Below the pieces are notes generated by a model, which did no database searches, was not told the DNA's origin, and saw only the letters and a list, made by a program, of their open reading frames with translations. Below, in pieces: positions 9,430-17,040 of a DNA stretch of 32,000 bases; the stretch's first letter is position 1; each line of letters opens with the position of its first letter. The stretch covers positions 30,001 to 62,000 of the forward strand of contig NZ_JHXR01000015.1 of assembly GCF_000621645.1 (NCBI RefSeq), written 5' to 3'. The DNA is from Vibrio cholerae ATCC 14035 (GTDB lineage: Bacteria > Pseudomonadota > Gammaproteobacteria > Enterobacterales > Vibrionaceae). The position numbers were made by a program, and so were the translations under genes.

Positions 9430-10038
9430 TTAACTCCGAGTTGCGTCATAGGCGAGATCTTCACCGTTCGTCCAACCGGCACCTTTCGCACCGCGTTCTA
9501 CTACGCGTTGACGGAAAATATCGGAGATTTTCTCCGCATCCCCCGCTAGCAGTGCTTTGGTAGAACAGAGAGAAGCGCACATGGGCAGTTTGCCTTCCGC
9601 AATACGGTTGGCTCCGTATTTACGACGTTCCTCTTCCGAACCCGGCTCTGTTTCAGGGCCGCCAGCACAGAAGGTACATTTGTCCATCTTACCGCGCTCA
9701 CCAAACGCCGCCTGTTTCGGAAACTGCGGCGCACCAAACGGACAAGCAAACAAGCAGTAACCACAACCGATACAAAGATCTTTGTTGTGCAGCACAATGC
9801 CATCTTCGGTATGGACAAAGCAGTCTGCTGGACACACCGCCATACAAGGCGCATCGGTACAGTGCATGCAAGCCACGGAAATCGAGTTTTCACCCGGCTC
9901 ACCATCGTTGAGCGTGACTACGCGGCGACGCTGGATGCCCCATTCCAGCGCATCATCGTTTTCATTTTTACAGGCCGTGACACAGCCGTTACATTCGATA
10001 CAGCGTTTGGTGTCACACAGGAATTTCATTCTTGCCAT
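9430..10038 (-). CDS. fdhB: Formate dehydrogenase iron-sulfur (beta) subunit, 4x[4Fe-4S] ferredoxin type
   Basis: Cys clusters CIECNGCVTAC, CMHCTDAPCMAVCP, CIGCGYCLFACP and CTFC...C; 202 aa with no C-terminal membrane anchor. Confidence 0.88.
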   Translation of the reverse strand: MARMKFLCDTKRCIECNGCVTACKNENDDALEWGIQRRRVVTLNDGEPGENSISVACMHCTDAPCMAVCPADCFVHTEDGIVLHNKDLCIGCGYCLFACPFGAPQFPKQAAFGERGKMDKCTFCAGGPETEPGSEEERRKYGANRIAEGKLPMCASLCSTKALLAGDAEKISDIFRQRVVERGAKGAGWTNGEDLAYDATRS

Positions 10039-10049
10039 GGGTAAGCTCC

Positions 10050-12905
10050 TTACGCTTTACGAATGTTACAGAGGGTGACTTTGGTTTCTTGCATCAAGGT
10101 GACAGGATCGTAGCCGTAGGTTGTGGCGGTGTTTGCCGCTTCCCCAACCACATAAGGCTGTGTCCCTTCTGGGTATTTTGGACGCAGATCTTCCCCTTGG
10201 AACTTGCCACCAAAGTGGAATGGTAAGAACGCCATGCCCGGTTTCACCCGACGAGTCACCATGGCTTTGACTTTGATGCGCCCTTTCTCTGCGCCTTCAA
10301 CCCAAACCATATCACCATCCATAAAGCCTAAATCGTTGGCATCTTTCGGGTTCACTTCAACAAACATCTCTTGTTGTAGTTCGGCTAGCCAAGGGTTAGA
10401 GCGGGTTTCTTCACCACCGCCTTCATACTCGACCAAGCGACCTGAAGTGAGAATGATCGGGTATTCCACTGATTTATCTTGCGCTTGAATCGATTTGTAC
10501 AGGGTTGGCACACGGAAAATAAACGCTTGATCGTCCCACGTCGGGTAATCAGCGAGTAGATCACGACGTGGTGTATACAGCGGTTCACGGTGCAGCGGCA
10601 CGCGGTCTGGGAATGTCCACACAATCGCCCGCGCTTTCGCGTTACCAAATGGAATACAGCCGTGTTTGATCGCGACACGCTGAATGCCGCCAGAAAGGTC
10701 AGTTTTCCAGTTTTTACCTTCTGCAGCCGCTTTCTCTTCCGCAGTTAAATCATCCCACCATCCGAGTTGTTTCAGCAGCTTATCGCTAAATTCTGGATAG
10801 CCGTCTTGCAGCTCACACCCTTTCGAGTAGCTATCTTCAGCCAGCAAACTCTTACCTTCAAACTCCACACCAAAACGGGTACGGAAGTTACCGCCACCTT
10901 CGGCTACGGTTTTCGAGGTATCGTAAAGAATGTGTGTGCCGGGGTGTTTCATCTCTGGCGTTCCCCAACATGGCCAAGGCATACCGTAAGTATCGCCATG
11001 CGCAGGGCCACCTTCGGCCGCCAACGTAGTTTTGTGGAAGGTGTGCCAGTTCTGTTGGTGTGTTTTCAAGCGCTCTGGGCTTTGTCCGGTGTAACCAATC
11101 GTCCACATACCGCGGTTAAATTCACGGGTGATGTCTTCAATCAGTGGCTGATTGTTCTCAACCCGAATGTGTTTACACAACTGATCTGCAATCCCCAGTT
11201 TTTGACTGAGCAGATACATGATTTCGTGATCAGGTTTGGATTCAAACAGCGGCTCAATCACCTGATCACGCCACTGAATAGAACGGTTAGACGCCGTCAC
11301 ACTGCCGTATGTTTCAAACTGAGTGGTCGCTGGAAGCAGATACACTCCATCGGTGCGATCGTTCATTACCGCCGCAACCGTTGGGTATGGGTCAACAATC
11401 ACCATCATATCCAGCTTTTGCATCGCCTTTTTCATTTCCACGCCGCGGGTTTGCGAGTTCACCGCATGACCCCAATAGAACATGGCGCGGATGTTTTCAC
11501 GTTGCTGAAGGTTGTCTTTGTTTTCAAGTACACCATCGATCCAACGAGAGACAGGGATCCCCGGAGTTTCCATTGGCAATGCGCCGTTATAAGTGCCTTG
11601 GTCAAAGCGGTTTTTGATCCACTCGAAATCCACGCCCCATACGCTTGCCCAGTGTTTCCATGAACCTTCGGTCAAACCGTAGTAACCCGGCAATGTATCG
11701 GAAAGCACACCTAAGTCGGTTGCGCCTTGCACGTTATCGTGACCACGGAAAATGTTGGCACCGCCGCCTGATTTACCGATGTTGCCCAGCGCCAACTCAA
11801 GGATGCAGTACGCACGAGTATTGTTGTTACCTGTGGTGTGTTGCGTACCGCCCATACACCAAATCACACAACCCGGACGGTTTTCCGCTAGGATTTTCGC
11901 TGTGGTGTAAACTTCTTCTTCGCTTACGCCAGTGACACGCTCAACTTCGGCTGGTGTCCATTTGGCCACTTCCGCGCGGATTTCATCCATACCGAAGACA
12001 CGTTGACGGATGTACTCTTTGTCTTCCCAGTTATTTTTGAACACGTGCCACAGCACGCCCCAAATAAAGGCTACGTCACTACCCGGGCGCAGGGAAACAA
12101 AGTAATCCGCTTTTGCTGCAGTACGGGTACGACGAGGATCGGCAACCACGATTTTGCAGCTGTTTTTCTCTTTTGCGATCAAAATGTGCTGCATCGCGAC
12201 TGGGTGAGCTTCGGCGGGGTTAGATCCAATGAACAGCATCGACTTACAGTTGTGCATGTCATTGAATGAGTTGGTCATGGCACCATAACCCCAAGTGTTT
12301 GCTACACCCGCAACCGTGGTGGAGTGGCAAATACGCGCTTGGTGGTCAACGTTGTTGGTGCCCCACAGGGAAGCCATTTTACGGAACAGATAGGCCTGCT
12401 CGTTACTGTGCTTAGCACTGCCGAGAAAATAAACCGAATCTGGGCCTGACTCTTCACGGATCTTCAGCGCTTTGTCACCAATTTCATTGATGGCTTGTTC
12501 CCAAGAGATCTTCTTCCACTTGCCGCCTTCGAGCTTCATTGGGTATTTCAGGCGACGTTCACCGTGGCCGTGTTCACGTAACGCTGCGCCTTTTGCACAG
12601 TGACCGCCCGCGTTGAATGGGTGATCAAAAGCCGGCTCTTGGCCAGTCCAAACACCGTTTTGTACTTCAGCGTAGATACCGCAACCGACGGAACAGTGCG
12701 AACAGATGGTACGCTTCACTTCCGTTTTTGCGCTGCGATCCACGTCGCTGGCCTGAGCTTTACGGATCATGCCCGGCGTAAACAAAGAGGCACCAACCGC
12801 CGCTCCGCCCGCTGCCAGTGACGTGTTTTTCATAAAGGCACGACGGCTAATACCGAGCTGATTTTGCTCTTTGGTCACGCTGTCTGAACGTTTGATGAGT
12901 CTCAT
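10050..12905 (-). CDS. fdhA: Formate dehydrogenase catalytic (alpha) subunit, bis-MGD molybdo/tungsto-enzyme, Tat-exported, Cys-type
   Basis: Twin-arginine signal (GISRRAFMKNTSLAAGGAAVGA...AQA). N-terminal FeS motif CSHCSVGCG...C. The active-site segment HQARICHSTTV carries Cys where Sec-type enzymes have U, and there is no in-frame TGA. SD TAGGAG precedes the ATG at 12905. Confidence 0.93.
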   Translation of the reverse strand: MRLIKRSDSVTKEQNQLGISRRAFMKNTSLAAGGAAVGASLFTPGMIRKAQASDVDRSAKTEVKRTICSHCSVGCGIYAEVQNGVWTGQEPAFDHPFNAGGHCAKGAALREHGHGERRLKYPMKLEGGKWKKISWEQAINEIGDKALKIREESGPDSVYFLGSAKHSNEQAYLFRKMASLWGTNNVDHQARICHSTTVAGVANTWGYGAMTNSFNDMHNCKSMLFIGSNPAEAHPVAMQHILIAKEKNSCKIVVADPRRTRTAAKADYFVSLRPGSDVAFIWGVLWHVFKNNWEDKEYIRQRVFGMDEIRAEVAKWTPAEVERVTGVSEEEVYTTAKILAENRPGCVIWCMGGTQHTTGNNNTRAYCILELALGNIGKSGGGANIFRGHDNVQGATDLGVLSDTLPGYYGLTEGSWKHWASVWGVDFEWIKNRFDQGTYNGALPMETPGIPVSRWIDGVLENKDNLQQRENIRAMFYWGHAVNSQTRGVEMKKAMQKLDMMVIVDPYPTVAAVMNDRTDGVYLLPATTQFETYGSVTASNRSIQWRDQVIEPLFESKPDHEIMYLLSQKLGIADQLCKHIRVENNQPLIEDITREFNRGMWTIGYTGQSPERLKTHQQNWHTFHKTTLAAEGGPAHGDTYGMPWPCWGTPEMKHPGTHILYDTSKTVAEGGGNFRTRFGVEFEGKSLLAEDSYSKGCELQDGYPEFSDKLLKQLGWWDDLTAEEKAAAEGKNWKTDLSGGIQRVAIKHGCIPFGNAKARAIVWTFPDRVPLHREPLYTPRRDLLADYPTWDDQAFIFRVPTLYKSIQAQDKSVEYPIILTSGRLVEYEGGGEETRSNPWLAELQQEMFVEVNPKDANDLGFMDGDMVWVEGAEKGRIKVKAMVTRRVKPGMAFLPFHFGGKFQGEDLRPKYPEGTQPYVVGEAANTATTYGYDPVTLMQETKVTLCNIRKA

Positions 12906-12916
12906 CGGGTTGGCTC

Positions 12917-13114
12917 CTATAGCGTGTTGTAGTAATCACGAATGTGTTGAGTTTCGTGATAGCCTTTTTTCAGCGGCTCTTTGCTCTCGGTACTTGCTTC
13001 ACTGGCGACCGTTTGAGTACTGACCCCCGCGACGACAGCGCCAGCGACAGCCGCTGTGCCTAACCCTTTAAGCAGATCGCGTCTGCTTTGGTTTACTTGG
13101 TTCTCTTTTTTCAT
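12917..13114 (-). CDS. Small (65 aa) twin-arginine-signal protein of the 'formate dehydrogenase region TAT target' type (name from memory)
   Basis: NQSRRDLLKGLGTAAVAGAVVAG is a canonical Tat signal. SD AAGGAAG precedes the ATG at 13114. The stop lies 11 nt before the fdhA ATG. Confidence 0.75.
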   Translation of the reverse strand: MKKENQVNQSRRDLLKGLGTAAVAGAVVAGVSTQTVASEASTESKEPLKKGYHETQHIRDYYNTL

Positions 13115-13190
13115 CGATTGCTTCCTTATTGCTTAAGTTTTAGCAACTTAGCTATGCGTCTTAAGACGTCTGCTTTTAATTCCGGTTTGT

Positions 13191-13877
13191 TCACTGCTCA
13201 GCTTTATCGGTCAGGTTTTTCACCTCGATCCGATAACGATTCTTGCGACTGCTTGGTGCTTGTGTCATCGCCACTTGTTCTAAACTCAAAAAAGCGTCCA
13301 GAAGCTGCGCGACGGCTAAATAAAATTGGGCATGAGGAGCCTGACGAATTTGGCTCACCAGTTTGCCAAACCAAGGGGCGATATGGCGATTGAAGAAGGC
13401 TTGTTGCGTCTGCTCATCCGCGTTCTCGTCACCACTTTGCTCACATAAATAAGCCATGGTTTCGCACAGCGCCGAAATGTGATCTTCTGGCTCGCGCACT
13501 TGCTCATCACGCTCTAGCCCTAAGCGGCTCAAATCATGACGAATCTCAGCCAGCGGCTTTTCCATCAATGAACCAGTTAGATGCCATGAGGCAAAAGGCA
13601 CCACTTCACCACGACCGATACCAATAAACAGCTCTTGATACTCTTCAGCCAGATACTCGTCCGCCAAAGAGTCCGCTTGAGCGTTGTGTGCGGCGGCGGA
13701 TATCGCCTGCCACGCTTTCGCCATTTCGGTGCCATTGGCCTCAAAGTCCAATTCGGCTAGAAAGGTGCGCAGCTCTGCTGAGGGCACATCACGCAGCAGT
13801 GTGGCGAGCAGCAGGTAAATGTCTGAACGCATTGACTGTGAATGTGTTGACTGTGAACGCATAGATTGCTCTTGCAT
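13191..13877 (-). CDS. TorD/DmsD-family redox-enzyme maturation chaperone (putative FDH-specific)
   Basis: All-helical, with DIYLLLATLL...ELFIGIGRGEVVPFASWH typical of the TorD family. The start is set at ATG 13877 because TAAGGAGAAAGCAATG provides a strong SD that overlaps the upstream stop. Confidence 0.75.
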   Translation of the reverse strand: MQEQSMRSQSTHSQSMRSDIYLLLATLLRDVPSAELRTFLAELDFEANGTEMAKAWQAISAAAHNAQADSLADEYLAEEYQELFIGIGRGEVVPFASWHLTGSLMEKPLAEIRHDLSRLGLERDEQVREPEDHISALCETMAYLCEQSGDENADEQTQQAFFNRHIAPWFGKLVSQIRQAPHAQFYLAVAQLLDAFLSLEQVAMTQAPSSRKNRYRIEVKNLTDKAEQ

Positions 13878-13887
13878 TGCTTTCTCC

Positions 13888-15549
13888 TTAATACTTGAGC
13901 TGCTGCTCAGGGTCATGTGCCATGGCTTCAAACATGTCGACTACCCGGCAGTCTTCGCACATCGCAATACGATTGAGCGCTTCCGGTGTAGCGAAATGTG
14001 AGTGACCGCGTAACTTGGTTTGCAACATGGTAATCATGGATTGTGGCGCGAAAGGTTTATGGCAACGCAGGCACTTAGCGGGTTCTTCTTGATGCAAAGT
14101 CACCACACCTTGGCGTGCCGCTTTGTTCCAGTTGAGTTGTGGCGTCGCGCTAAGCGCTTGTTCAGGGCAAGCTTTGACACACAAGCCGCACTGCACACAG
14201 TCTTGTTCAATAAAGCGTAGTGCTGGGCTATCTCCCGCCGGATGCAGTGCACGCGTTGGGCAAACCGCAACACAGCTCATGCATAAAGTACAATCGCTTG
14301 CTTGGCATTCAATGGTGCCGTAAGGCGCGCTAATACTGAGTGGTTGAACGCTCGGTTGTGCATTGAGTGTTTCTGCTAACGCATCCAGCGCGGTAAACAG
14401 ACGTTCGCGCTTATTACCGATTAAGTCACCCAACTTAAGCCCAAGCGGCTGTTCACACAGTACCGGCATCCCCTCGCGTAGCGATTCGAGATAAAGAATA
14501 TCAATCGTCTCTTTGGGCAAACCCAAGTGAGTCAGCAAGCTCTGCGCCATGCTCATTTCTTGGTTGAGAATACGCTGGATAGTGGGCGGCATATGACGGC
14601 TCGCGGCAAACAACACTTGAGTTGCACCGTTAACTAAAGCAGCAAACCAGCTGTCGATACCGACAGAAGGCAGCTCTTCTACCACCACAGGAATCACGTT
14701 ATCTGGTAATACCTTAAGTGCCATGACGTTGTAACTTTCATGTCGAGAACTGCAGATCAGCACGATCGGTTTTTCACCGCCAGCTTGGTGGTAATTCGCC
14801 AGTAATCGCTCAATAAATTTTTGCGTATCGGTAGGATTAGGCAGCGCGTAGTGAATCGCTTCCGTCGGGCAAGCGGTCGCACAGGTTCCGACGCCCTGAC
14901 ACAGGTAAGGGTTAATTTGAATCCGATGCCCTGTTTGCTCTGAACCTTCACTGGACAGTGCGCCAGCAGGACATGCATCCACACAGCGTTCACAGCCTTT
15001 CACACCGCGTGAACTGTGCGCGCACAAATCGGGATCCAAGCGAAAATACTTAGGTTTATCGAAAGTGCCCATCAGAGTTGGGATCTCTTCCAGCGCATCC
15101 GCCAGCTTTGGATAACCGCGTCCTACTGGAAAATAACCGGGTACAGGTACTTCTTCACTCATTAAACCGTTGAGTGACATATCCAATACGATATCAAAGC
15201 TGTTTCCACCTATCGCGGCTTGCGCCAAATTGACTCGTTTACCGTGGTTTTCTACGTTCACCGAGAAGGCGCCGAGGAAACCGCTGATTTCTACCGTATC
15301 GGCATAGTACAAATTGCTTTGTGTGCCAGGCTCACCATCCACAGAAAGGAGCGTGATTGAAGCCATACTGCTCAGTGGCTCGGTAATACGCTCAATGAGC
15401 ATAGTGGGTCCAATAATTAAGGTATGGCCGCCACTTTCGTAACTTACGGTAGGAGGAATAAGATTGGTCAACTCAACCGTATGCTCAATCGCATACTGTC
15501 TCGCCCGACCGTTTGGAGACGTCGCTTGTTGTAGTAGGTTGTTTAACAT
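13888..15549 (-). CDS. Cytoplasmic multi-cluster 4Fe-4S ferredoxin-domain protein (553 aa), FDH-associated, function unknown
   Basis: Four ferredoxin-type Cys motifs (C..CERCVDACP; CQGVGTCATACP; CQASDCTLCMSCVAVCP; CVQCGLCVKACP) plus a C-terminal CLRC...CEDC knuckle pair. No signal peptide. It is the first gene after a sigma-54-like promoter. Confidence 0.85.
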   Translation of the reverse strand: MLNNLLQQATSPNGRARQYAIEHTVELTNLIPPTVSYESGGHTLIIGPTMLIERITEPLSSMASITLLSVDGEPGTQSNLYYADTVEISGFLGAFSVNVENHGKRVNLAQAAIGGNSFDIVLDMSLNGLMSEEVPVPGYFPVGRGYPKLADALEEIPTLMGTFDKPKYFRLDPDLCAHSSRGVKGCERCVDACPAGALSSEGSEQTGHRIQINPYLCQGVGTCATACPTEAIHYALPNPTDTQKFIERLLANYHQAGGEKPIVLICSSRHESYNVMALKVLPDNVIPVVVEELPSVGIDSWFAALVNGATQVLFAASRHMPPTIQRILNQEMSMAQSLLTHLGLPKETIDILYLESLREGMPVLCEQPLGLKLGDLIGNKRERLFTALDALAETLNAQPSVQPLSISAPYGTIECQASDCTLCMSCVAVCPTRALHPAGDSPALRFIEQDCVQCGLCVKACPEQALSATPQLNWNKAARQGVVTLHQEEPAKCLRCHKPFAPQSMITMLQTKLRGHSHFATPEALNRIAMCEDCRVVDMFEAMAHDPEQQLKY

Positions 15550-15605
15550 TGCTTGCTTCCGCTTATAAGAATCACGAGCGTGTTGGCTCGTTTTACATAA
15601 GCTAA

Positions 15606-15621
15606 AGCAAATAGCGTTCCA
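15606..15621 (-). promoter_or_regulatory. Sigma-54 (-24/-12) promoter-like motif upstream of the FeS/TorD/FDH operon
   Basis: The minus strand reads TGGAAC-GCTAT-TTGCT (consensus TGGCAC-N5-TTGCW) with GG-N10-GC spacing intact. It sits 57 nt upstream of the ATG at 15549. Confidence 0.5.
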
Positions 15622-15687
15622 AATTTATTTTATTGAAAAATCAGAGAATTTATCGATAACTGGGATGAGAAATGAAAAGCCACAATA

Positions 15688-15712
15688 AGAGTGAGACATT
15701 ATGTCTCACTCT
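15688..15712. promoter_or_regulatory. 25-bp near-perfect palindrome AGAGTGAGACA-TTA-TGTCTCACTCT; candidate enhancer (UAS), or alternatively the terminator of the DUF3305/3306 unit
   Basis: It has 11-bp perfect arms. Its centre is about 80-95 bp upstream of the -24/-12 motif at 15606-15621. It lies 36 nt past the DUF3306-like stop. Further TGTCYC half-sites occur at 15735-15740 and 15763-15768. Confidence 0.4.
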
Positions 15713-15747
15713 ACCTATTGAGGAGTAAGTCAAAATGTCCCTAATCT

Positions 15748-16350
15748 CTATACGGTATATTTTGTCTCACTGTTCAGTGTGTCAGATGCCGCAGTATCGC
15801 AAGAAGAAAGCGTATTGTGATCAGAAAGCCGCGCAGAATCCTCAGCGAATTCGGGCGCAGAAGCTGTCGTTTCATCAGGCATGCTTAAATCAGTCATAGT
15901 TTGGTCAGACATGGCTTTTTCCGGTATAGCCTGTTCAGACTTAACCTCTGGCGTCGTTTCTAGCTCATTACACCATTGGCGTAAGGTTTGTGCGACTTGC
16001 GTGGTGAGGGTTGCTGTGTTGCTGTAATCCGCGTTGTAATCATCCAGCATACACACTTCGCTAAACTCGCCGCTTAAAAACAGCTTACGCAATGCCGCTT
16101 TCTTCAGTTCTTGCGACGCATCGGATACCAACAAACTCGCTACGCTGGGTTCTTCATTCTCTGCTGAATGAGGTTGTTCGAGCGAGTGGCTCTCCAACCC
16201 ACTTTCCGTTTCTACAGCGGACTCACTTTCTATCGGCTCCTCTTGCACAGGCTGAGAGTCAAAACTCTTTTGGGTATCAAGCAGTTGGTCTGATTCTGCG
16301 GTTAATTTACGTTGTGACCAACGAGAGAAAAACCTGTTTTCAGTTGCCAC
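15748..16350 (-). CDS. Acidic low-complexity protein, DUF3306-like (name from memory)
   Basis: The start is set at GTG 16350 (VATENRFFSRWSQRKL), 4 nt after GGAGG. It overlaps the upstream stop by 11 nt. The middle is a Glu/Ser-rich linker, and the conserved-looking C-terminal block is LRKLFLSGEFSEVCMLDDYNADY. Confidence 0.65.
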   Translation of the reverse strand: MATENRFFSRWSQRKLTAESDQLLDTQKSFDSQPVQEEPIESESAVETESGLESHSLEQPHSAENEEPSVASLLVSDASQELKKAALRKLFLSGEFSEVCMLDDYNADYSNTATLTTQVAQTLRQWCNELETTPEVKSEQAIPEKAMSDQTMTDLSMPDETTASAPEFAEDSARLSDHNTLSSCDTAASDTLNSETKYTV

Positions 16351-16816
16351 AAGACCTCCCCGCGCCTTCACGTTTCTTGCGGCGAATTTCCAGTAGCTCA
16401 CCGTGACGACCAATATAGGCTTCCATCCACGCCTGAACGGGTAGCGGCATATCGGCCGACAGCACCAGATAATCGCTGTCCATATAGCGGCTGGCGACGG
16501 CTTGCGATGCGGTCAATTGCACGACTTTAAGCGGCTGATCTTCAATCGGATCTTCGGCAACCAAGAACAGCTTTGGCGCTTGTGAACTGAGGTTAAAGCG
16601 ATAGTCAGTACGCTCGTCACGATACAAGTGCAAGGTTGCGACATATTGACTCTGCGCCTCTGGCGTTAAACTGAAACCGTGCAACATCCACTGCGTGGTT
16701 TGCCAACGGCCACGTGAGACCAAACGCGGCTCAAGGTTGCAAGCGAGCGGCCAAGCGCTGTCGGTTTTACTATGAGCACCATCCGTTAAGGATTCAGGAG
16801 AAGTTTGTTCAGTCAT
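16340..16816 (-). CDS. DUF3305-like protein (158 aa), FDH-cluster associated, function unknown
   Basis: A clean ORF immediately downstream of a sigma-54-like promoter and translationally coupled to the next gene. I recognise no catalytic motif. Confidence 0.7.
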   Translation of the reverse strand: MTEQTSPESLTDGAHSKTDSAWPLACNLEPRLVSRGRWQTTQWMLHGFSLTPEAQSQYVATLHLYRDERTDYRFNLSSQAPKLFLVAEDPIEDQPLKVVQLTASQAVASRYMDSDYLVLSADMPLPVQAWMEAYIGRHGELLEIRRKKREGAGRSCGN

Positions 16817-16852
16817 AACTCATACTAAATTAACAATCAGAGTTGAAATTAA

Positions 16853-16868
16853 AGCAATAATTGCGCCA
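16853..16868 (-). promoter_or_regulatory. Sigma-54 (-24/-12) promoter-like motif upstream of the DUF3305/DUF3306 genes
   Basis: The minus strand reads TGGCGC-AATTA-TTGCT with correct GG-N10-GC spacing. It sits 37 nt upstream of the ATG at 16816. Confidence 0.5.
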
Positions 16869-16932
16869 TGGGTACCAGTACCTTGCTTTAAGTAGAGCAA
16901 CATCATCACTTTTGTGCAGTTTGTTTTTGATT

Positions 16933-16948
16933 CGGCACCCTTTTTGCT
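16933..16948 (+). promoter_or_regulatory. Sigma-54 (-24/-12) promoter-like motif upstream of fdhD
   Basis: The plus strand reads CGGCAC-CCTTT-TTGCT with correct spacing. It sits 93 nt upstream of the fdhD GTG at 17041 and back-to-back with the 16853-16868 motif. Confidence 0.45.
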
Positions 16949-17040
16949 ACATTGACGGCACTTTTTCTTATTCGCTCTACCGCAAGATTTGCACTGACAG
17001 ATCGGCGGTGAATAAAGCGAGCAATACACAGGAATCCAGC

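Noticed and set aside
10767-11663. 298-aa plus-strand ORF, with several smaller ones, antisense to fdhA
   Set aside because: These are shadow ORFs opposite a strongly supported 951-aa gene. The translation is low-complexity (R/H/F/V-rich) with no motif, start context or SD.
10050-12905. Selenocysteine (in-frame TGA plus SECIS) in fdhA
   Set aside because: The ORF is uninterrupted and the active-site position is encoded as Cys (ICHSTTV), so no recoding is involved.
15550-15747. FNR/CRP-type sites (TTGAT-N4-ATCAA, TGTGA-N6-TCACA) upstream of the FDH operon
   Set aside because: The only resemblance is TTGAAAAATCAG (about 15643-15654), which matches poorly. It does not meet consensus, so no site is called.
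16869-16890. GGTAC-CA-GTACC inverted repeat and a third TTGCTTTA element between the divergent sigma-54 motifs
   Set aside because: The TTGCT here lacks a GG at the required 10-nt spacing (GG-N12-GC instead), so it is not a sigma-54 promoter. The short palindrome is too small to interpret without comparative data.
16820-17029. 69-aa Cys/Lys-rich ORF on the minus strand (…CQCKSCGRANKKKCRQC…), zinc-ribbon-like, ending 4 nt before the DUF3305-like ATG
   Set aside because: It has a GTG start with no SD. It lies entirely within the divergent promoter region and contains both sigma-54-like motifs, so it would be upstream of the predicted transcription start. The Cys codons arise from the TTGC/GCAA-rich promoter sequence. 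It is most likely a chance ORF.
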